A stretch of DNA of 64,000 nt from an uncultured Aliarcobacter sp. (GTDB lineage: Bacteria; Campylobacterota; Campylobacteria; Campylobacterales; Arcobacteraceae), in assembly GCA_963677435.1 (NCBI GenBank), contig OY781945.1, forward strand, positions 992,001-1,056,000, written 5' to 3'. Below, piece after piece: positions 1 to 10,377 of the stretch. Numbering within the stretch: the stretch's first letter is position 1; each line of letters begins with the position of its first letter. A program made the translations under genes and the position numbers. Below the pieces are notes generated by a model. The model searched no databases. It saw only the letters and a program-made list of their open reading frames with translations, and was not told where the DNA came from.

Positions 1-405
1 GTTAAATCTGCATTTTTTTGGTACTACTTATTTAAATTTAGAAGAAGAGTTATTTTAATTGTATTACTTTTAATAATAGCATTATTTGCAAATGCAATAT
101 ATGGTGATGTTGTTGAATACTTAAAGTTAAAAGATAAGTTAGATTATTTAGAAATTGCACTCATTTCAAAATGGGTGATTATTATTTTTAATATAGTTTT
201 TTCAGTTTATCTTCTTTTGACTATGTTTAAAAAAGAGGATAATAGTGACGATAAAAATCCAAAAAAAGATAAAAAAATAAAAACTAAAGAACTTAAAGAA
301 GAAAAAAAAGTAGAACCAAAAGAAGAAAAATTTACTCAGAGAGAAAGAGAGTTTTTATATAAAAAAACTCTTCAAACCAAAGCTGACTTTTTAGTGAAAA
401 AATAG
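1..405 (+). CDS. 3' part of a hypothetical membrane protein (5' end outside window)
   Basis: Frame 1 is open from base 1 (VKSAFFWYYLFKFRRRVILIVLLLIIALFANAIY...) to TAG at 403-405. Two hydrophobic stretches are followed by a K/E-rich tail. The ORF-track start at 175 is internal. Confidence 0.75.
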   Translation, partial: VKSAFFWYYLFKFRRRVILIVLLLIIALFANAIYGDVVEYLKLKDKLDYLEIALISKWVIIIFNIVFSVYLLLTMFKKEDNSDDKNPKKDKKIKTKELKEEKKVEPKEEKFTQREREFLYKKTLQTKADFLVKK

Positions 406-409
406 AAGA

Positions 410-2314
410 TTAAATACTCTCTTCTATTTTTGTCTCTCTTTTCATATGAATAGTTTGTGTAGGATATGCAAATTCGCAATTGTTTTTTTCAACAAGTTTT
501 GAAATTTCTATCATAACCTCTTGTTTAGTTTCAAGCCACTCTTCCCATTCTGGACTTTTTGAAAAACAGTAAATAAGTATGTTTATAGAAGAGGCATCAA
601 ATTCATCAATAAAAACCAAAAGAGTGTTTTTTATTCCATATAAATCTTCTCTTTTTATAGCTTCAAAAGCTTTTGTTTTTGAAATATTAATATTGTGATT
701 ACTTGCAATTTTTGGATGACTTATTAGCATATCAAAAATATCATTTTTTAGATTTATGATATCTTTCATTTTGTTTTCATAACTAACACCAATTGACATT
801 TTTATTCGTCTTCCAATTACTCTTTTTGACCAATTTAAAATATGAGCATTTGCTATTTGAGAATTTGGCACAGTAATCATTGCATTATCAAATGTTCTAA
901 TTCTTGTTGTTCTCATTCTAATATCAACAACAGTTCCTTCAAAATCATCTGTTTTAATCCAATCACCTTGCGAAAATGAGTTATCAGTCATAATATTTAA
1001 TGATGCAAAGAAGTTAGCTAAAGTATCTTTTGCAGCAAGTGCGATAGCAATACCCCCAACTCCAAGAGAAGCAGCGATTGCTTTTACATCGATTCCAAGT
1101 TGGGTAAATAAAAATAAAATTACTACTAATACAAGTAAAACTTTGATGATTTTTAGAATAAATACAATCATCTCTTTTCTTACATTTTGATACTTCTCAA
1201 GTAAATTTTGAGCATAAATTGTAATACTATTATTTAAAATAGAATATATTGCCCATGTTAATAAAGCCATATACATAGTATTTATCCAAGGAATAATATG
1301 ATTTAGTAATGTTTGGTCTTTTATTAAAATAAAAAGAGAGAGTTGAATAGAAAGAAGATATAAACTATAAATCAAAGGTGTGTTTATAGCATCTTTTAGA
1401 TAGTAAATTATACTTTCTTCATCTTTTGTCTCTTTTTTTATAAATATTCTTGAAATGAAATTTGCAATTAAGGCAATCACATATTTATTGATTAATCTAA
1501 AAAATAGAATAATTAGTAAAACTACAACTGCTTCTCCAATTGAAAAATTTAAATGATAAGAAGTTAGCGAAGATAAAAAAGATATTCCTTTTATATTATC
1601 AATTTTATTTATCATATATTTTAGGTTAAATTCATCAATGAAAAAGTTTGTTGTTCTTATTTTTTGCATATTTGTGTATAAGTATTGTAAAACAAATAGT
1701 TGAGTATGTTTTTGGTTATAAAGGTCAATATAATTATTTACAAAATCAGCTGAAACTTTATTACCACTATTTTTTGATTCACTCTCATAAGTCGAAGTAT
1801 AATCATCAAGTTTAAAATCTTGAATTAATTTTATATTGTCAAGTAAAGTATCTTCAAAATATTTCTTATTTCTAAACTCTTCTTTTCCTATAATAATATC
1901 TTTTAATGTAGTTTCATAAGCAGATTTTTCTTTTAAATAGGCAACTCTTAGTTCATCTCTTTTTATTGCTATTGAATTATTTTGAATATTGTTAGCATTA
2001 ATTCTATTATTTAAAAAAAGAATTTCATTATCATAATAAGTTTTATCAGGAAGACTTGTTAAATAAGATTCATTATTTATATTATCAATAACATCATTGA
2101 TTAATTGGGTTTGTGCAGCTAATTGATCTTCTATTTTTTGAGCAATAGGAGCATTTGTTGTATCTTCTATAGGTGTTGTTTCATCCGTTTTTACAGTAGT
2201 TGGGGTTGTTTCTTTTATTAATAATTTTATTGGAGATGTTGGAATATTATCTGAAAATAAAAGAATAGGGATTATTAAAATAAAAAATATTTTTAATAAA
2301 ATTTTTTGGAGCAT
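410..2314 (-). CDS. MscS-family mechanosensitive channel with large N-terminal extracytoplasmic region
   Basis: C-terminal MscS core: ASLGVGGIAIALAAKDTLANFFAS, FSQGDWI, GTVVDIRMRTTRIRTFDN, ITVPNS, FAYPTQTIH. Confidence 0.93.
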   Translation of the reverse strand: MLQKILLKIFFILIIPILLFSDNIPTSPIKLLIKETTPTTVKTDETTPIEDTTNAPIAQKIEDQLAAQTQLINDVIDNINNESYLTSLPDKTYYDNEILFLNNRINANNIQNNSIAIKRDELRVAYLKEKSAYETTLKDIIIGKEEFRNKKYFEDTLLDNIKLIQDFKLDDYTSTYESESKNSGNKVSADFVNNYIDLYNQKHTQLFVLQYLYTNMQKIRTTNFFIDEFNLKYMINKIDNIKGISFLSSLTSYHLNFSIGEAVVVLLIILFFRLINKYVIALIANFISRIFIKKETKDEESIIYYLKDAINTPLIYSLYLLSIQLSLFILIKDQTLLNHIIPWINTMYMALLTWAIYSILNNSITIYAQNLLEKYQNVRKEMIVFILKIIKVLLVLVVILFLFTQLGIDVKAIAASLGVGGIAIALAAKDTLANFFASLNIMTDNSFSQGDWIKTDDFEGTVVDIRMRTTRIRTFDNAMITVPNSQIANAHILNWSKRVIGRRIKMSIGVSYENKMKDIINLKNDIFDMLISHPKIASNHNINISKTKAFEAIKREDLYGIKNTLLVFIDEFDASSINILIYCFSKSPEWEEWLETKQEVMIEISKLVEKNNCEFAYPTQTIHMKRETKIEESI

Positions 2315-2535
2315 TTAGTTTTCCTTTTTGGATTTTGTAACTTGTAATTATATTGTCATTAGGCTTACTTTAATATATTTTTCATAGTATCAAAAAGTTA
2401 TAAATGAATAGTAAATAACATGAAAATAATGGATAATACCTAAGTTATTAATATAAAGCTTCATATTTTAAGAAGAATAACTATAATTTTGAAATACAAT
2501 CTGATTTTTAATATCAGTAATTATCAGGATTTTTT

Positions 2536-4368
2536 TTGAGTATACTCAGAGTGATGGTGCTTTCTTTCGTTTTTTTTGTATATTCAAATGCTTTTGAGAT
2601 TTCATCAAATGTCCAAAAATATAATATATTAGATAAATCTGATATTTATATTGACTATTCAGAACAGTTGAATTTTGAACAAATTAAGAGTAAAGAGTTC
2701 ATTAAAAACAGTGAACAATCATTAAGTTATGGATATTCACCAAAGTTTAATGTTTGGATAAAAGTCACACTTTCAAACTTGGAAAATAATACTTTACATA
2801 AAATTTTAGAATATGCAAATCCTTTAACTACAAATATTGAACTTTATGATTCTTCTGAGGGTTTAATAAAAAAAGAGGGTTTATTTAATATAAGTGAAAA
2901 TAGAAAATCTTTAAACCCAATCTTTAGAATTCAAATAAAACCTTATGAAACAAAAACTTATTATTTTAAAATAAATTCATCTATTACAACTTTGATAATA
3001 AATTTAAATCTTTGGGAATTAGAGCCTTTTTATCAAAATGAGATTTTGCATCAATCTATTTTAAATTTCTTTTTTGGTGCAATGGTGATTCTTGCTGTGT
3101 ATAATTTGTTTATTTACTTTTTCACAAAAGATAAAAATTACTTATTTTATGTATTTTATATTGTAGGTATTATTTTTCATCACTTATTATATGTTGGAGT
3201 AGGTTTTTTATATATTAATAATCCTGCAATAATAAAAATAATAACTAGTTTTTCATCCTTAATTGTGGGATTTCCTGTTTTTGCATTGGGTTTATTTACA
3301 AGGTCATTTTTGGATATTAGCAAATATCTTGTTGTTGATAAAATACTTAAAACATATCTATATCTTTTTCCTTTTATGCTTTCTGTTTCTCTCATTACGG
3401 ATGATTTTAATAAATATCGTAATATCTTTTCTATTTTTTTACTTATTCTTTTGTTTATTATTACTATTTATGCAACATTTAAAAAGAATAGACAAGCTTA
3501 TTTTATATTGTTTAGTTGGTTTATTTTTATATATGCTGGAATGTATATGTATTTAAGTAGTTTAGGTTTATTTAATGGATATAAAATTTTTCCATATTAT
3601 GTAGAAATATCTTTAGTTTTAGAAGCAATAATCTTTTCTATTGCTCTTACAGATAAAATCAAACAATTACAAAAACAAAAAGATTTTATATCTAATGAAT
3701 TTTTGATTCAACAAAAAAATGAAAAACAAAGATTACAAGTAATTGTAAATGAAAAAACAAAAGATTTAACCTTCGCCCTAGAAGAAAAAGAACTATTATT
3801 AAAAGAGCTAAATCATAGGGTTAAAAATAATATGCAGACAATTATTTCTTTGATTAGATTACAATGCATTGATATTGAAGATGAAAAAATACAAGATATA
3901 TTTTTAACTGTACAAAATAGAATAAAAGCTATGAGCCATTTACATGAACTTCTGCATGGACAAAATAGTGTAACAACAATTGATACAAATGAATATTTTA
4001 AAATATTGATTGAAGAGTTACAATATAGTTATGAAAAAAATATTAAAATAATTTATGACATAAAAACAAATCTGAAAATAGATAAAGCAATTTATTGTGG
4101 TTTGATTTTAAATGAACTTATTACAAACTGCTTTAAACATGCTTTTAATTCTCAAGAAGGAACAGTTCATATTTCATTAACTCAGATTGATTCATTGATT
4201 AAATTAAATGTTAAAGATAATGGAAAAGGTTTTGATAAGAGTAAATCGAGTGAGTCATTAGGATTAGTTTTAGTTCAGACTTTAGCAAAAGAACAATTAA
4301 AAGGTTCAATTCTTATAGAAGCTAAAAATGGTACAAATGTGATTATTTCATGGAGAGATGATGGATAA
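2536..4368 (+). CDS. 7TM-DISM sensor histidine kinase (HisKA_2-type)
   Basis: Extracellular DISMED2-like region (GYSPKFNVWIK), about 7 TM helices, H-box LLKELNHRVKNN, GLILNELITNCFKHAF, VKDNGKGF. TTG start. Confidence 0.9.
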   Translation: MSILRVMVLSFVFFVYSNAFEISSNVQKYNILDKSDIYIDYSEQLNFEQIKSKEFIKNSEQSLSYGYSPKFNVWIKVTLSNLENNTLHKILEYANPLTTNIELYDSSEGLIKKEGLFNISENRKSLNPIFRIQIKPYETKTYYFKINSSITTLIINLNLWELEPFYQNEILHQSILNFFFGAMVILAVYNLFIYFFTKDKNYLFYVFYIVGIIFHHLLYVGVGFLYINNPAIIKIITSFSSLIVGFPVFALGLFTRSFLDISKYLVVDKILKTYLYLFPFMLSVSLITDDFNKYRNIFSIFLLILLFIITIYATFKKNRQAYFILFSWFIFIYAGMYMYLSSLGLFNGYKIFPYYVEISLVLEAIIFSIALTDKIKQLQKQKDFISNEFLIQQKNEKQRLQVIVNEKTKDLTFALEEKELLLKELNHRVKNNMQTIISLIRLQCIDIEDEKIQDIFLTVQNRIKAMSHLHELLHGQNSVTTIDTNEYFKILIEELQYSYEKNIKIIYDIKTNLKIDKAIYCGLILNELITNCFKHAFNSQEGTVHISLTQIDSLIKLNVKDNGKGFDKSKSSESLGLVLVQTLAKEQLKGSILIEAKNGTNVIISWRDDG

Positions 4369-5059
4369 AATTAAGATAATGATAGTTGAAGATGAAACAA
4401 TAGTTGCGTTGGAAATAAAAAGAACCCTCATGAAGTTAGGCTTTAATATTACAAATAGTGCAACAAATTATTATGATGCAATAGCTTTTGTTTTAGAAGA
4501 TGAACCTGATATTATAATCATGGATATAAATTTAGATAATAGTAGAGATGGCATTGAAACTGCAACTGATATAAAAAAAATTAAACCAGCAGTGGATATT
4601 TTGTATTTAACAGCTTTTCATGATAATGAGACTTTAAGAAGAGCTTCTATGACAAATCCTATTGCTTATCTTTTAAAACCTTATAACTTTGAAGAATTAA
4701 AAGCTACACTTTTTTTGGCAATTTATAAAAAAGAAAATAAGTATAAAAAGTTAAATATTGTTTCCGAAAATATTATATTGTTTGATGAAGATTATTATTT
4801 TGATAGAAATACTGATGAACTTTATTATAAAGAAGAAAAAATCAAACTAACACAAAAAGAAGTGATTTTATTAAAAATTTTAATAGAAGCAAAAGGTAAT
4901 ATTGTTCCGTTTAACATGCTTGAAAATTATGTTTGGCAAGATGAGATGGTATCAAAAGGTGCTTTTAGAACTTTATTATATAGATTAAGAACAAAGTTAG
5001 AACATAAATTTATTGAGACATTTCATAGTACAGGCGTAAAAATAAATATTAGTAAATAA
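4358..5059 (+). CDS. Response regulator, receiver plus OmpR-type winged helix
   Basis: IVEDE, IMDINL, YLTA, YLLKP; C-terminal LTQKE and RTLLYRLRTKL. Overlaps the kinase stop. Confidence 0.9.
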   Translation: MMDKIKIMIVEDETIVALEIKRTLMKLGFNITNSATNYYDAIAFVLEDEPDIIIMDINLDNSRDGIETATDIKKIKPAVDILYLTAFHDNETLRRASMTNPIAYLLKPYNFEELKATLFLAIYKKENKYKKLNIVSENIILFDEDYYFDRNTDELYYKEEKIKLTQKEVILLKILIEAKGNIVPFNMLENYVWQDEMVSKGAFRTLLYRLRTKLEHKFIETFHSTGVKINISK

Positions 5060-5102
5060 TATATATGCTAAAGAAAGTTTGTTTGAAATAATAGATAAAA
5101 AG

Positions 5103-5187
5103 TGGTGCGGTTAGCGAGATTTGAACTCGCACACCCGTAGGGCACTACCACCTCAAGGTAGCGTGTCTACCGTTCCACCATAACCGC
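5103..5187 (-). tRNA. tRNA-Leu (anticodon GAG)
   Basis: Minus strand reads GCGGTTATGGTGGAACGGTAGACACGCTACCTTGAGGTGGTAGTGCCCTACGGGTGTGCGAGTTCAAATCTCGCTAACCGCACCA: acceptor stem, anticodon arm CTACC-TTGAGGT-GGTAG, long variable arm, TTCAAAT T-loop, encoded CCA. Confidence 0.96.
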
Positions 5188-5292
5188 ACATCTTAAATTT
5201 AAATTTTAAAAATAAGGTTGGAATGTTACTATCATAATACTTCACATAAGTTTAAGTATTATGATAGTTTGTTTAGAAATAATAGAAAAGTT

Positions 5293-7416
5293 CTATTTAT
5301 TTCTAAACTCTTTTTCATTTACCGTTTCTAATATTTTTCTTGCAATATTTGATGTATTTATCGCAATATCATGGGTTTGTGTAGCAACTGAGGCATTATT
5401 TTGTGTTTGTCTATCTAATCTATTAACAACATCATTTATTTGCTCAATACTTGTTCTTTGTTCACGAGATGAAATTGAAATATCATTTATAACTTGAGTA
5501 GTTTTGCTGATATTTTCTTTTAATTTTACATATCCATTTATCATATCATCAGCAATTTTTTTACCACTGTTTGTTTTACTTGTAGCATTTTCAACAAGTT
5601 CTTTTATCTCTTTAGCAGCTTCAGCACTTCTTGAGGCTAGGTTTCGCACTTCTGCTGCAACAACTGCAAATCCTTTTCCAGCTTCTCCTGCTGTTGCTGC
5701 TTCAACAGCTGCATTTAAAGAAAGAATATTTGTTTGGAATGCAATTTGGTCAATAATAGTAATAGCATCAGCAATCGCTTTTGTTTGCTCATTTATTGAA
5801 TCCATTGATTCAACTGTGATATTTGCTAGTTTTTGACCCTCTTCAATAGAAGTAGATAATACCTTTGAGTGATTAGCCATTGTAGCAATTCGTTCAGTAT
5901 TATTAATAACTGTACTTGTAATTTCTTCAAGAGCAGCAGCAGTTTCTTCTAATGAAACAGCTGTTTCATTTGATGATTTATTTAATATATCAACATTTTC
6001 TAATAAAACTTTTGAGCTTTCATCTAGTGTTAAACCATTTGTTTTATTTTCATGAAGCATTTGATTAATAATATCTGACAAATTATTTAATCCAATTGCC
6101 ACATTCCCACTTGGGTTTGAAATATTGTTAACAAAATTTAATTTTGAATATTGTTCAAGTGAAGATAGAATAATGTTGATATCTTCATTTACATTACCTT
6201 TGATTGTTGTAATCATATCATTTAACATATTTTTTAATTCATTTAAAGATAGGTTAGAAGTTTCATTTTTGATTTGTAAGTTTAAATGACCTTCTTTAAC
6301 TCTATTTACAACATCTTTAACTTCTTCAATTAATTTTTTATCTTCATTTAAATTATGAGAAATTAATTCCATTTGTCTATCAATTTCTACTGCCATATTT
6401 CCAAATTCATCATTTGTTTTTATGTTAAGTTTATTAATACTTTTTTCTTGACCTTTTAAATATCTAAAGAAGAAGTTCAATCCATCTTCAAGAGTTTTTA
6501 ATGGTGCTAATATTTTAACTAGAGCAAAAAATAATATAGCTAATATTATTAGTAATAAAATAATATATAAAACTATGTCTTTTATTAAATTAGCGTTTAT
6601 TTTATTTGAAATAGCTTTTTTATCTAATTGAATTACTAATTTCCAGTTTGTAATAGGAACTGAACTATACGCAATTAGTTGAGGATTATTTTCATCTAAA
6701 GCTTCATCAAAATGTAATTTATCTTCACTTTTAATTTGTTCATAAATTTTATTTTGAGTGTTAAAAAGCTTAGCATCTTTATGAATTAAAGTTTTACCTT
6801 GATTATCTATAAGATAAGCAAAACCTTCTTGCCCAAGATTTACATTTAAAACTGTATTAACAACAGTATCAAGTTGAATATCTGAACCAATAACGCCAAT
6901 TACTTTTCCATCTCTTTTTACTGGGGCTGATACTGAGATAACTAATTTTTTTGTACTATAATCAATGTATGGTTCACTAACTCCCGCCCCATCTAACTCA
7001 ACTGCTTTTTTGAACCAAGGTCTAGCTCTTGCATCATAATCGTGAGTTTGAGGTGTTCTATAAGTTGCATCAAATTGTAAAAAATTTCCATTTTCTGCTA
7101 TTCCTAAATACAATCCTGAAAATTTACCTGATAAGTTACCTAAACGCAATTTATCAACAATTTCTTTATTTTTTACATCTAGTGGTAGTGTTGATACCTC
7201 AAGTGCCACTGCTTCAACAATGTCAATTTTTGATTGAAGATAGTTGTTAATAGACTTTGAAGTTTCTTTTGCTAAATCTAGTTCTTTTTGCTTAATTAAA
7301 TTATACTCTGAAGTATAGTTGTTATAAGCATTATAAAAACCTAAGATAATGAAAGAAATAGATATGCTAAATAGTGTTAGCATAAGAAGTTTATTTTTAA
7401 TTGTGCTATTTTTCAA
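5293..7416 (-). CDS. Methyl-accepting chemotaxis protein with periplasmic dCache-type sensor
   Basis: Two TMs around YDARARPWF...SEPYID; signalling hairpin [30 protein letters not shown]. Confidence 0.93.
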   Translation of the reverse strand: MKNSTIKNKLLMLTLFSISISFIILGFYNAYNNYTSEYNLIKQKELDLAKETSKSINNYLQSKIDIVEAVALEVSTLPLDVKNKEIVDKLRLGNLSGKFSGLYLGIAENGNFLQFDATYRTPQTHDYDARARPWFKKAVELDGAGVSEPYIDYSTKKLVISVSAPVKRDGKVIGVIGSDIQLDTVVNTVLNVNLGQEGFAYLIDNQGKTLIHKDAKLFNTQNKIYEQIKSEDKLHFDEALDENNPQLIAYSSVPITNWKLVIQLDKKAISNKINANLIKDIVLYIILLLIILAILFFALVKILAPLKTLEDGLNFFFRYLKGQEKSINKLNIKTNDEFGNMAVEIDRQMELISHNLNEDKKLIEEVKDVVNRVKEGHLNLQIKNETSNLSLNELKNMLNDMITTIKGNVNEDINIILSSLEQYSKLNFVNNISNPSGNVAIGLNNLSDIINQMLHENKTNGLTLDESSKVLLENVDILNKSSNETAVSLEETAAALEEITSTVINNTERIATMANHSKVLSTSIEEGQKLANITVESMDSINEQTKAIADAITIIDQIAFQTNILSLNAAVEAATAGEAGKGFAVVAAEVRNLASRSAEAAKEIKELVENATSKTNSGKKIADDMINGYVKLKENISKTTQVINDISISSREQRTSIEQINDVVNRLDRQTQNNASVATQTHDIAINTSNIARKILETVNEKEFRNK

Positions 7417-7461
7417 ATTTTTGCCTTTTTATAGTTTAAAAGATTATTATATCACTGAACA

Positions 7462-7478
7462 GTGTCATAAAGGTGTCA
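7462..7478 (-). promoter_or_regulatory. Direct repeat TGACAC-N5-TGACAC, candidate OmpR/PhoB-family site for the MCP promoter
   Basis: GTGTCA at 7462-7467 and 7473-7478 (11-bp period), 10 nt upstream of an extended -10 TGaTATAAT (7446-7454, minus strand). Confidence 0.5.
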
Positions 7479-7498
7479 ATTTGAAGAAAAACTTAAAT

Positions 7499-7536
7499 AA
7501 AAAAAGGGGTCAAAAAGATAAACTTTTTGACCCCTT
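7499..7536 (-). terminator. Intrinsic terminator of atpE
   Basis: 14-bp stem AAGGGGTCAAAAAG/CTTTTTGACCCCTT with 5-nt loop, U-tract on the minus strand. Confidence 0.85.
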
Positions 7537-7565
7537 GGAAGTTATTAAATCTGTAGATTTAAAGA

Positions 7566-7880
7566 TTATCCTAAAAATGGATTTGCATATAATGCAATCA
7601 TAGCAACAACAAGTGCATAAATAACTTGTGCTTCGATCATCGCTAAAGCAATGAACATAGTTGTCATTAATTTTCCACCTAAACCTGGGTTTCTAGCAGT
7701 ACCAGCAATAGTTGCAGCAGCAGTATTACCCATACCAATAGCACCACCAAGTGCAGCAAGACCTAATCCAATTCCAGCAGCTACTACAGAGTAAGCTTTT
7801 AAAGTTTGGTTAGCAACTTCACCATCAGCAGCAAATGCAACAGCAGCAATAGCTAACATTAAAAGAACGATTTTTTTCAT
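7566..7880 (-). CDS. atpE: F0F1 ATP synthase subunit c
   Basis: GIGLGLAALGGAIGMG, ARNP loop, IEAQVIY with the conserved Glu. N-terminal extension typical of Campylobacterota. Confidence 0.96.
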   Translation of the reverse strand: MKKIVLLMLAIAAVAFAADGEVANQTLKAYSVVAAGIGLGLAALGGAIGMGNTAAATIAGTARNPGLGGKLMTTMFIALAMIEAQVIYALVVAMIALYANPFLG

Positions 7881-8048
7881 TCTAGATCCTTATATTTTAT
7901 TATTTCCAAAGTCTGTTCGGCTTGCGTATCCCTACTTAACACTTTGAGTGCCGTGATTATATATAAAAAAAAATAAAATAAAGCTAAAAATTCTATTTTC
8001 TTTCTATTTACCATTATTTGATATAATGGCTTCATTCATGAAAAAAGG

Positions 8049-10139
8049 TTGCAAATGAAGAAAATATTTTTATCACTTACACTTATAATTATTCTTATAT
8101 TAGGTTCAATTTATGGGTTGTTATTTACTAAATTTGGAAATAATATAGTTTCATCATATATTGAAAGAAAAGTTAATTTAGATCAAAAAGATGTTAAGTT
8201 GAAAGTTAATGATTTTACATTAACTTTAAATCATCTAAATTTTGATGCGATGATAAATGATAATTCAAAAATAAATATTTCTGGAGATTTGTCTGTTCTA
8301 AAAAAGAGTGTTGATTTAAAATATGATATAAAAATTAATGAATTAGCTACTCTTAAAAATTTAACAAAATTAGAGTTTAGAGGTCCACTTGTAACAAGTG
8401 GAATTTTTATTGGTAATGAAAAAGAAGCAATAATTCAAGGTATTTCAGATATTGCACAAAGTCAAACTAAATATTATTTTAACTTAGAACATTTTGAACC
8501 TACAAATATAAATGTTCAAATAAAAGATGCAAAAATCGAAGATTTATTAGTTTTATTAAATAAACCAGCTTATGCAAAAGGTGATTTATCTATTTTAGCA
8601 GATATTAAAAATGCAAATATTTCAACTTTAGATGGAATGATTGTTTCAAAAATCACAAATGCAAAAATCAATAATCAAGTTATAAATAAAGAGTTTGATC
8701 AAACATTTACATCTCCAATTAGTTTTCATAGTGATATAAATGCACTTTTATATCCAAATAAAGCAGAAATAAAAACAGAATTAATAAGCTCAATTGCTGA
8801 TATTTTTATGGATAAAACTTCTGTTGATTTATCTTCAAAAGAAATAAAATCTGATTATAAAATTGATGTTAAAAATTTAAGTAAATTAGAAGGCTTATTT
8901 TCAAAAAAATTAAATGGTGAGTTTTCTACAAATGGAAACATAAAATCTTCTGATGATATAGTCGAGATTGATGGTACTTCAAATATATTTGAAAGTTCAA
9001 CAAAATTTGATACTAAATTAAAAGATTTTAAACCCTCATATCTTAAATTTTCTATTGAAAATGCAAAATTAGAAAAACTACTTCAAATGTTAAATGAACC
9101 AATTTATGCTGTTGGAGATTTAAATATTCAAGGTGATATAAAAAATGCAAATTTGGATAAATTAGATGGAACAATTAGTTCTAAAATAACTAATGCTTCA
9201 ATTGTAAATGAAGTTGCAAATACTGTATTTAATGAGAATTTACAAGAAAAAGTAAATTTTGATTTAAATGTTGATACAAATTTAGTATCAAATCAAGCTG
9301 TTTCAAAAGCAACTTTACAAACTACACTAGGAAATTTAACTACGCAAAAAAGTGTATATGACTTTGGCGATAATTCATTTAATAGTGATTATTTATTAAA
9401 TCTTCCATCTTTAGAAAAAATGAAAAATCTTTTAAAAATTAATTTAAGAGGTAAAATGGATATAAACGGAAATATCTCAAATAAAAATGAATCTTTTTTA
9501 TTAGATGGAAAGTCTAATACTTTAGGTGGAGTTTTTGACTTTAATTTAGAAAATAATAAGTTAAATGCAAATTTAAAAGATATAGATATACAAGAGTTAT
9601 TAAATATGTTAACTTATCCAACAATATTTGATTCAAAAGGAAGTTTTGTACTTGATTATGATTTATTGCTTAAAAAAGGTGAACTTGCAGGAAATTTACT
9701 TAATGGGCATTTTTTACCAAATGATTTTTCTGTTATAGTTGATAAATTGGCAAAATTTGATTTAACAAAAGAGGTTTATGAAACTTTTGATATAAACAGT
9801 CAAATCAACGATAGAGTTTTAACATCTGATTTAACAATGAAAAGTGCAAATACTCAAATTGATATAAAAGATTCTATATTAGATTTACAACAAAAACAAA
9901 TTGATGCATCTATTAATGCTACAATAAAAGATAATACTTTTGTTGTAGGTGTAAAAGGGGATACTTCAAATCCTAAAATCTCTTTTAATACAAAAGATTT
10001 AATAAAAGAAGAGATAAATAAACAACTTGAAAAAAAGAAAGATAAAATAGAAGAGAAGTTAAATAAAGTTTTAGGTGGAAACATAGAAGATGATAAAGCC
10101 AAAAAACTTATTGAAAATCTAAAATCTTTAATAAAATAG
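8049..10139 (+). CDS. AsmA/TamB-like beta-rich envelope protein with internal repeats (ATG at 8055 is the likely start)
   Basis: Single N-terminal TM followed by LFTKFGN, a long alternating beta pattern with about three internal repeats, VKGDTSNPKISF and a helical tail. Confidence 0.6.
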   Translation: MQMKKIFLSLTLIIILILGSIYGLLFTKFGNNIVSSYIERKVNLDQKDVKLKVNDFTLTLNHLNFDAMINDNSKINISGDLSVLKKSVDLKYDIKINELATLKNLTKLEFRGPLVTSGIFIGNEKEAIIQGISDIAQSQTKYYFNLEHFEPTNINVQIKDAKIEDLLVLLNKPAYAKGDLSILADIKNANISTLDGMIVSKITNAKINNQVINKEFDQTFTSPISFHSDINALLYPNKAEIKTELISSIADIFMDKTSVDLSSKEIKSDYKIDVKNLSKLEGLFSKKLNGEFSTNGNIKSSDDIVEIDGTSNIFESSTKFDTKLKDFKPSYLKFSIENAKLEKLLQMLNEPIYAVGDLNIQGDIKNANLDKLDGTISSKITNASIVNEVANTVFNENLQEKVNFDLNVDTNLVSNQAVSKATLQTTLGNLTTQKSVYDFGDNSFNSDYLLNLPSLEKMKNLLKINLRGKMDINGNISNKNESFLLDGKSNTLGGVFDFNLENNKLNANLKDIDIQELLNMLTYPTIFDSKGSFVLDYDLLLKKGELAGNLLNGHFLPNDFSVIVDKLAKFDLTKEVYETFDINSQINDRVLTSDLTMKSANTQIDIKDSILDLQQKQIDASINATIKDNTFVVGVKGDTSNPKISFNTKDLIKEEINKQLEKKKDKIEEKLNKVLGGNIEDDKAKKLIENLKSLIK

Positions 10140-10158
10140 AGTTATAACTCTATTTTAT
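10131..10158 (+). terminator. Palindromic hairpin after the AsmA-like gene
   Basis: ATAAAATAGAGTTA-TAACTCTATTTTAT is a perfect inverted repeat spanning the stop codon. Confidence 0.6.
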
Positions 10159-10286
10159 CTTCTTCATAAACTCAAAAATATATCGTTCCATTTAAGTGCT
10201 TTTTCATTTATTTAATAACATTTTATTTTCTAAATAGCTTATTTTTAATCAGAAACTTTAATATTATACTAATTGCTAAATTGTTA

Positions 10287-10301
10287 TGATAATTATTATC
10301 A
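10287..10301. promoter_or_regulatory. Fur box
   Basis: Perfect 7-1-7 TGATAAT-T-ATTATCA upstream of the imelysin operon; a second partial site TGATAATTAATATTA at 10344-10358. Confidence 0.8.
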
Positions 10302-10377
10302 ATTTAAGAAAAGTAAAAGTTTAATTTCGGTTTAATTCATTAATGATAATTAATATTAAGATTAAAAAAGGAATTAA

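Noticed and set aside
5103..5187. tRNA-Leu as an integration site for an island
   Set aside because: No integrase and no duplicated tRNA 3' end was seen in the window.
7566..7880. Isolated atpE with signal-peptide-like extension as a novelty, or as a Na+-type c subunit
   Set aside because: The separate location and extension are normal in Campylobacterota, and the Na+-binding Gln and E-S/T signature is absent.
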